Part shown: piece after piece, positions 36,089 through 39,457 of the stretch | Layout of the letters: every line of letters starts with the position of its first letter | How positions within the stretch are numbered: the stretch's first letter is position 1 | Assembly (NCBI GenBank): GCA_021399395.1 | Contig: JAAFKJ010000156.1 | Location: forward strand, 1-39,457 | DNA from: Candidatus Heimdallarchaeota archaeon | Lineage (GTDB): Archaea > Asgardarchaeota > Heimdallarchaeia > Heimdallarchaeales > Heimdallarchaeaceae | Length of the DNA stretch: 39,457 nucleotides | Direction: 5' to 3' | The notes under the pieces: generated by a model | Told to the model about the DNA's origin: nothing | What the model saw: the letters and a program-made list of their open reading frames with translations, nothing else | The model's database searches: none | Program-made: the position numbers and the translations under genes

Positions 36089-37811
36089 TAGGTAACAGAA
36101 TGGATAGTGTCCATGCAAACATAAGTGCATTGAACAAAGCACCTGATCCTACCGATTTCGTTTTTTCATAGAACCATAATGTAGCAACTGAATAGATTAG
36201 GAACAAGGGTAGGAGCATGATTATGAATTGCATACTAAAACCAAGAAAACCTGTAAACAGCTGAAATCCGGAAATCAACATTGGTACATACTGTATAAAC
36301 AGAACCAAAATTAAAGGTAATAGTTTCAAACTTGTTACTTGAGTTGCACTCCATAGTTTTGCGTTTCTCTCTCTGCTTCTAAGCTTCTTTTCATAAATTC
36401 CTACTGAAATGAATCCGTCCATTATAAAGTAGATAAACATGAAAGGAACAAGTACTAGAAACATCAATGCTCTCATTCCTGTGAACTCACTGAAAAGAGG
36501 AACCATAAGCTTCATGCTAATTCCTGGTATTTGCTCAAGAATAAGATCTAGACTGAACATTATTAAGAAGCAATTTACGGCCAGTAACAATGTTCTCCAG
36601 TTTGATAGTTTCTTCACCAAATGTCTAAGAATTTCCGCAGTTCCTAGTTTTTTATGTTTCAATTTAATACGTATGAAAATTATCAAAGCACCTACAATTG
36701 ATAGAGATAACACCCAGAAAATAGATGTAAACCCTAATGAAAGTGGTAGTATGATTGCTCGCATACCAAACAATAAGATAGGTGGAACAAAGAGAATCAG
36801 ATGTAAAAAGCTCCATGTTGTTCCAATACTCCAGAAACCAAATACAGATTCAAGGTCAATGTTATCTTTACTTTCTTCTTCCTTCTTTCGTCTGAAGAAC
36901 TCAAATTCCATACCTATATTTGAGAGTGGTATGAATAGACCTGCAAAGATAAAAAATCCAAAGAAGATGGATATATCTCTATATGGATATAGAACCTCCT
37001 TATTTTCATCTATAATTCCGAAAGAATTTGCCATCCAAGAAACAGATTCGTTAATATAATCTCCACTTATTGGCTCAAAAAGATGAGTGGTTTTTGGAGT
37101 TATAAGTTTTCTAGCAGTTCCGTTTGTAAAGTTCCCATATAAAACACCAACCTCTATTGTTTCAGTTGTTCCAAAAACAGGTTGAAGGATATCATTAACC
37201 TCTTGTAAATCAAATAACGCATCATATTCACCAATTACAACTAGTAAATTACTGGGAGACGTTTCATTCAGTTCTCCATAAATTATTAGACTGCTATTTG
37301 AGTAAATCCCTCCTAAGAAGATATGGGCTCTAACTCCATCCTCGATGATAGAAGTAGCTCTGATGGCTCCAACACCCATACTATGACCAACTAAACCAAT
37401 ATTGCTGGAATTTACATAATCTAAAGATTTCAAGTAACGGACTGCTGCTGCTGCTCCGAGAGTAGGGTCATCTTCGGAATCAAGCGTACTAACTGTACCA
37501 CCATGTCTAAGTGCATCTATTGATAATGCAACAATACCATTTCTTGCGAGTTCCAATGCTAATGCAGTCATCGGTTCTTTCGCATTCATTGAACCATGAA
37601 CCAAAACTACTGCTGGTAAATTTGTAAGTGTTTCAGCATTTTTTGGTTCATATAAATACCCTGCAATTGAAATGTTTTCTTCTTGTATTCTAACTGATTG
37701 AACATTCACGTTTCCGAAATCTGTATTAAATAATTGTGCAAAAATAATAACTACACTAAGCAAAATTATAGTTGCACCGAGTGTAAGCAGGGATTTATAG
37801 ATTTTCTGCAT
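36081..37811 (-). CDS. Alpha/beta hydrolase with N-terminal anchor and C-terminal multi-pass membrane domain
   Basis: PAVVLVHG, nucleophile elbow GHSMG, GEYD, THLFEP; ~8 C-terminal TM helices. Confidence 0.88.
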   Translation of the reverse strand: MQKIYKSLLTLGATIILLSVVIIFAQLFNTDFGNVNVQSVRIQEENISIAGYLYEPKNAETLTNLPAVVLVHGSMNAKEPMTALALELARNGIVALSIDALRHGGTVSTLDSEDDPTLGAAAAVRYLKSLDYVNSSNIGLVGHSMGVGAIRATSIIEDGVRAHIFLGGIYSNSSLIIYGELNETSPSNLLVVIGEYDALFDLQEVNDILQPVFGTTETIEVGVLYGNFTNGTARKLITPKTTHLFEPISGDYINESVSWMANSFGIIDENKEVLYPYRDISIFFGFFIFAGLFIPLSNIGMEFEFFRRKKEEESKDNIDLESVFGFWSIGTTWSFLHLILFVPPILLFGMRAIILPLSLGFTSIFWVLSLSIVGALIIFIRIKLKHKKLGTAEILRHLVKKLSNWRTLLLAVNCFLIMFSLDLILEQIPGISMKLMVPLFSEFTGMRALMFLVLVPFMFIYFIMDGFISVGIYEKKLRSRERNAKLWSATQVTSLKLLPLILVLFIQYVPMLISGFQLFTGFLGFSMQFIIMLLPLFLIYSVATLWFYEKTKSVGSGALFNALMFAWTLSILLPIN

Positions 37812-37861
37812 GCGGACAGAATAAAGTATAGCTAAATAAAAAACTTATCCAACAAAATGAG

Positions 37862-38533
37862 TTAATCCAGTGGCTTCTTTAGTTCAGTATAGATGGTTTT
37901 GATCCGATCATAGAAACCTTTTGTGTGATAAGTATTGCTAATTTTCAGTTTGTATTTATCATAATGATGTCCCCATTCATGTATCAATGTTCTAAGAAAG
38001 GTTTTTGGCGCTACATATTTCTGGGTTTTAGCTGTTCTACTATATACTGAGATTGAATGTCTTTTCACTTCTTCCCCTCTTGACTTATACACACCATAAT
38101 ACTGTCCCCCTCTCCTTGTCAACCTTCTTTTACCACCGGTATAAACACTAAGTTGAGGTAACTTGTAAATACGATTAAGCTCAGCTACCGTTTCGTTTGA
38201 GTACTCTTTTATTGCTTCTTCATCGCCATTTTTTAGCGCTTCTGCTAAAAATTTAACTGCTATATGCAGAATTTTTGCATTTCTGTTAGGGATGAGTTGA
38301 ATAGCAGTATTTTGAGATTTTTCATAATCCCCAGTTTGTGAAGAGGACCATTCTCTAGCGCTTTGTTTTGGCTTTTGTTTTGGAGGTTTCATTTTTGGAG
38401 TTAGAAGTGAATAGGGGACCCTAAATGTAAGAGTTGATGTTTCAACTGTCACAGTTTTTTTGTTCATTCTTTTTATTGTTCCTTGTAGAATTTCTCCTTT
38501 ATATGGGAAACTAACTTGTTTTATGTCTTTCAT
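37862..38533 (-). CDS. Basic zincin-like (HExxH) protein with N-terminal SH3/KOW-like domain
   Basis: RTLIHEWGHHYD...HTKGFYDR (SprT/WLM-like spacing); N-terminal GTIKRMNKKTVTVE...FRVPYSLL. Confidence 0.75.
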   Translation of the reverse strand: MKDIKQVSFPYKGEILQGTIKRMNKKTVTVETSTLTFRVPYSLLTPKMKPPKQKPKQSAREWSSSQTGDYEKSQNTAIQLIPNRNAKILHIAVKFLAEALKNGDEEAIKEYSNETVAELNRIYKLPQLSVYTGGKRRLTRRGGQYYGVYKSRGEEVKRHSISVYSRTAKTQKYVAPKTFLRTLIHEWGHHYDKYKLKISNTYHTKGFYDRIKTIYTELKKPLD

Positions 38534-38602
38534 AAACCAATCTCACTTTAGTTACTCTTTGTTAATCTTTAATTTCTGTAATTCTCAAATAATATGGAAA
38601 TC

Positions 38603-39457
38603 TCAACTTCTTAAAACTGACTGAATGAATTCTTCCACACCAGGAACTGCTATTCCTGCTACATCTTTTACAAGTGAAATAACATAATTCAAATGTGGGA
38701 GAGAATCTAAAATTTGTTGTTTTGCCTCTTCCCGCATACCTGATGTTTCTGATCCATGTTTGAAAAGAATCATAATGTCCATCAATCTTCTAAGTGCTGA
38801 TAGAACCTCAAAGAACTCTATATGTTCCGTTTTTGAACCTTTGATATTCTCATAAGTTTCCAAAATCATATCCCTAATCTCCCTTGATGTATAAGCTCCC
38901 GTTAAGAGAAGCGTCCATCCAAGATCTTCTCGATAATCTCCTACAGAACAAGCTGGCCAATCGATAACATATGCTTCTCCTTCATTCGAAATCATTATGT
39001 TGTGGGGATGAAAATCTCCATGGTTTATAGATAATTCAACTTTTATTCCGTCGTTGTTTTGCATTAACCAGTCTAATATTGGTTTTAATTCTGGAAGTTT
39101 TTTCTCCTTTAATCTAATTCTAGTTTTAGTTAGATTATCTGCAATTAGGTTGCTAGGGTTTTTCAATACATTTTCGCTGCTATCTGTTCGAAGAATTTTC
39201 CAATCTAAACGGTGTAGTTTCACAAATAAGTTGCAAATAGGTAATATGAATTCATTTTGTAATTTCTCGTAATCTTCTTCTTGTAATGTTTTAAAGAAAT
39301 CGTCTCCCATATCTGATCCCTTTATTCTGTCCATTATTATGAAAGAATTATCGAGAAAACTGTTATCCAATTCAAGAATGTGTGTTTTTGGTACAGGATA
39401 ACCAGCATCGTAAAGAGCTATTAGCGAACTAAATTCTCGCTTTGTTTTATTCTGGGA
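38603..39457 (-). CDS. Phosphotransferase (APH/choline kinase family), 5'-partial
   Basis: Frame is open to the window end (REFSSLIALYDAGYPVPKT...); HGDFHPHNIMI, VIDW, GDYREDLGW. Confidence 0.88.
   Translation of the reverse strand, partial: SQNKTKREFSSLIALYDAGYPVPKTHILELDNSFLDNSFIIMDRIKGSDMGDDFFKTLQEEDYEKLQNEFILPICNLFVKLHRLDWKILRTDSSENVLKNPSNLIADNLTKTRIRLKEKKLPELKPILDWLMQNNDGIKVELSINHGDFHPHNIMISNEGEAYVIDWPACSVGDYREDLGWTLLLTGAYTSREIRDMILETYENIKGSKTEHIEFFEVLSALRRLMDIMILFKHGSETSGMREEAKQQILDSLPHLNYVISLVKDVAGIAVPGVEEFIQSVLRS

Noticed and set aside
29163-37059. Long antisense ORFs (29163-29639, 32941-33213, 36439-37059; also 2971-3390)
   Set aside because: Fully nested opposite well-supported genes; typical codon-bias shadows.
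1-39457. CRISPR array, rRNA, or inteins in infB/cdc48
   Set aside because: No regularly spaced direct repeats or rRNA-like GC-rich tracts; aIF5B and CDC48 have normal lengths and continuous motifs.

Overview
AT-rich archaeal chromosomal segment. Marker genes (rpo10, uS2, L7Ae, eS28, eL24, aIF5B, TiaS, CDC48, mevalonate kinase, isopentenyl phosphate kinase, geranylgeranyl reductase), GGTGA-type Shine-Dalgarno (SD) sites, TATA promoters and BHB tRNA introns show it is archaeal. An Asgard (Heimdallarchaeia-like) origin is my inference from overall gene content and is not proven. The left part (1-17.8 kb) is a mosaic of transport, metabolic and regulatory genes. The central part is a conserved housekeeping cluster interrupted between ndk and infB by a ~5 kb block of three unknown genes, including an HTH-PLD nuclease-like protein and a ~1000 aa protein with possible PD-(D/E)xK motifs. 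The right part holds an hsp20-cdc48-ArsR heat-shock operon, tag and hydrolases. Reading the sequence revealed several items absent from the ORF track: an initiator tRNA-Met with two introns (one non-canonical, in the D-loop); a 56 aa alpha3-truncated histone whose CUU-UAA stop is followed in the +1 frame by an alpha3-like basic tail; a 59 aa small ORF; a permuted-looking family-5 solute-binding protein; a k-turn in the rpl7ae leader; and several palindromes and structured intergenic elements. All family assignments come from motif recognition by eye, not database searches.
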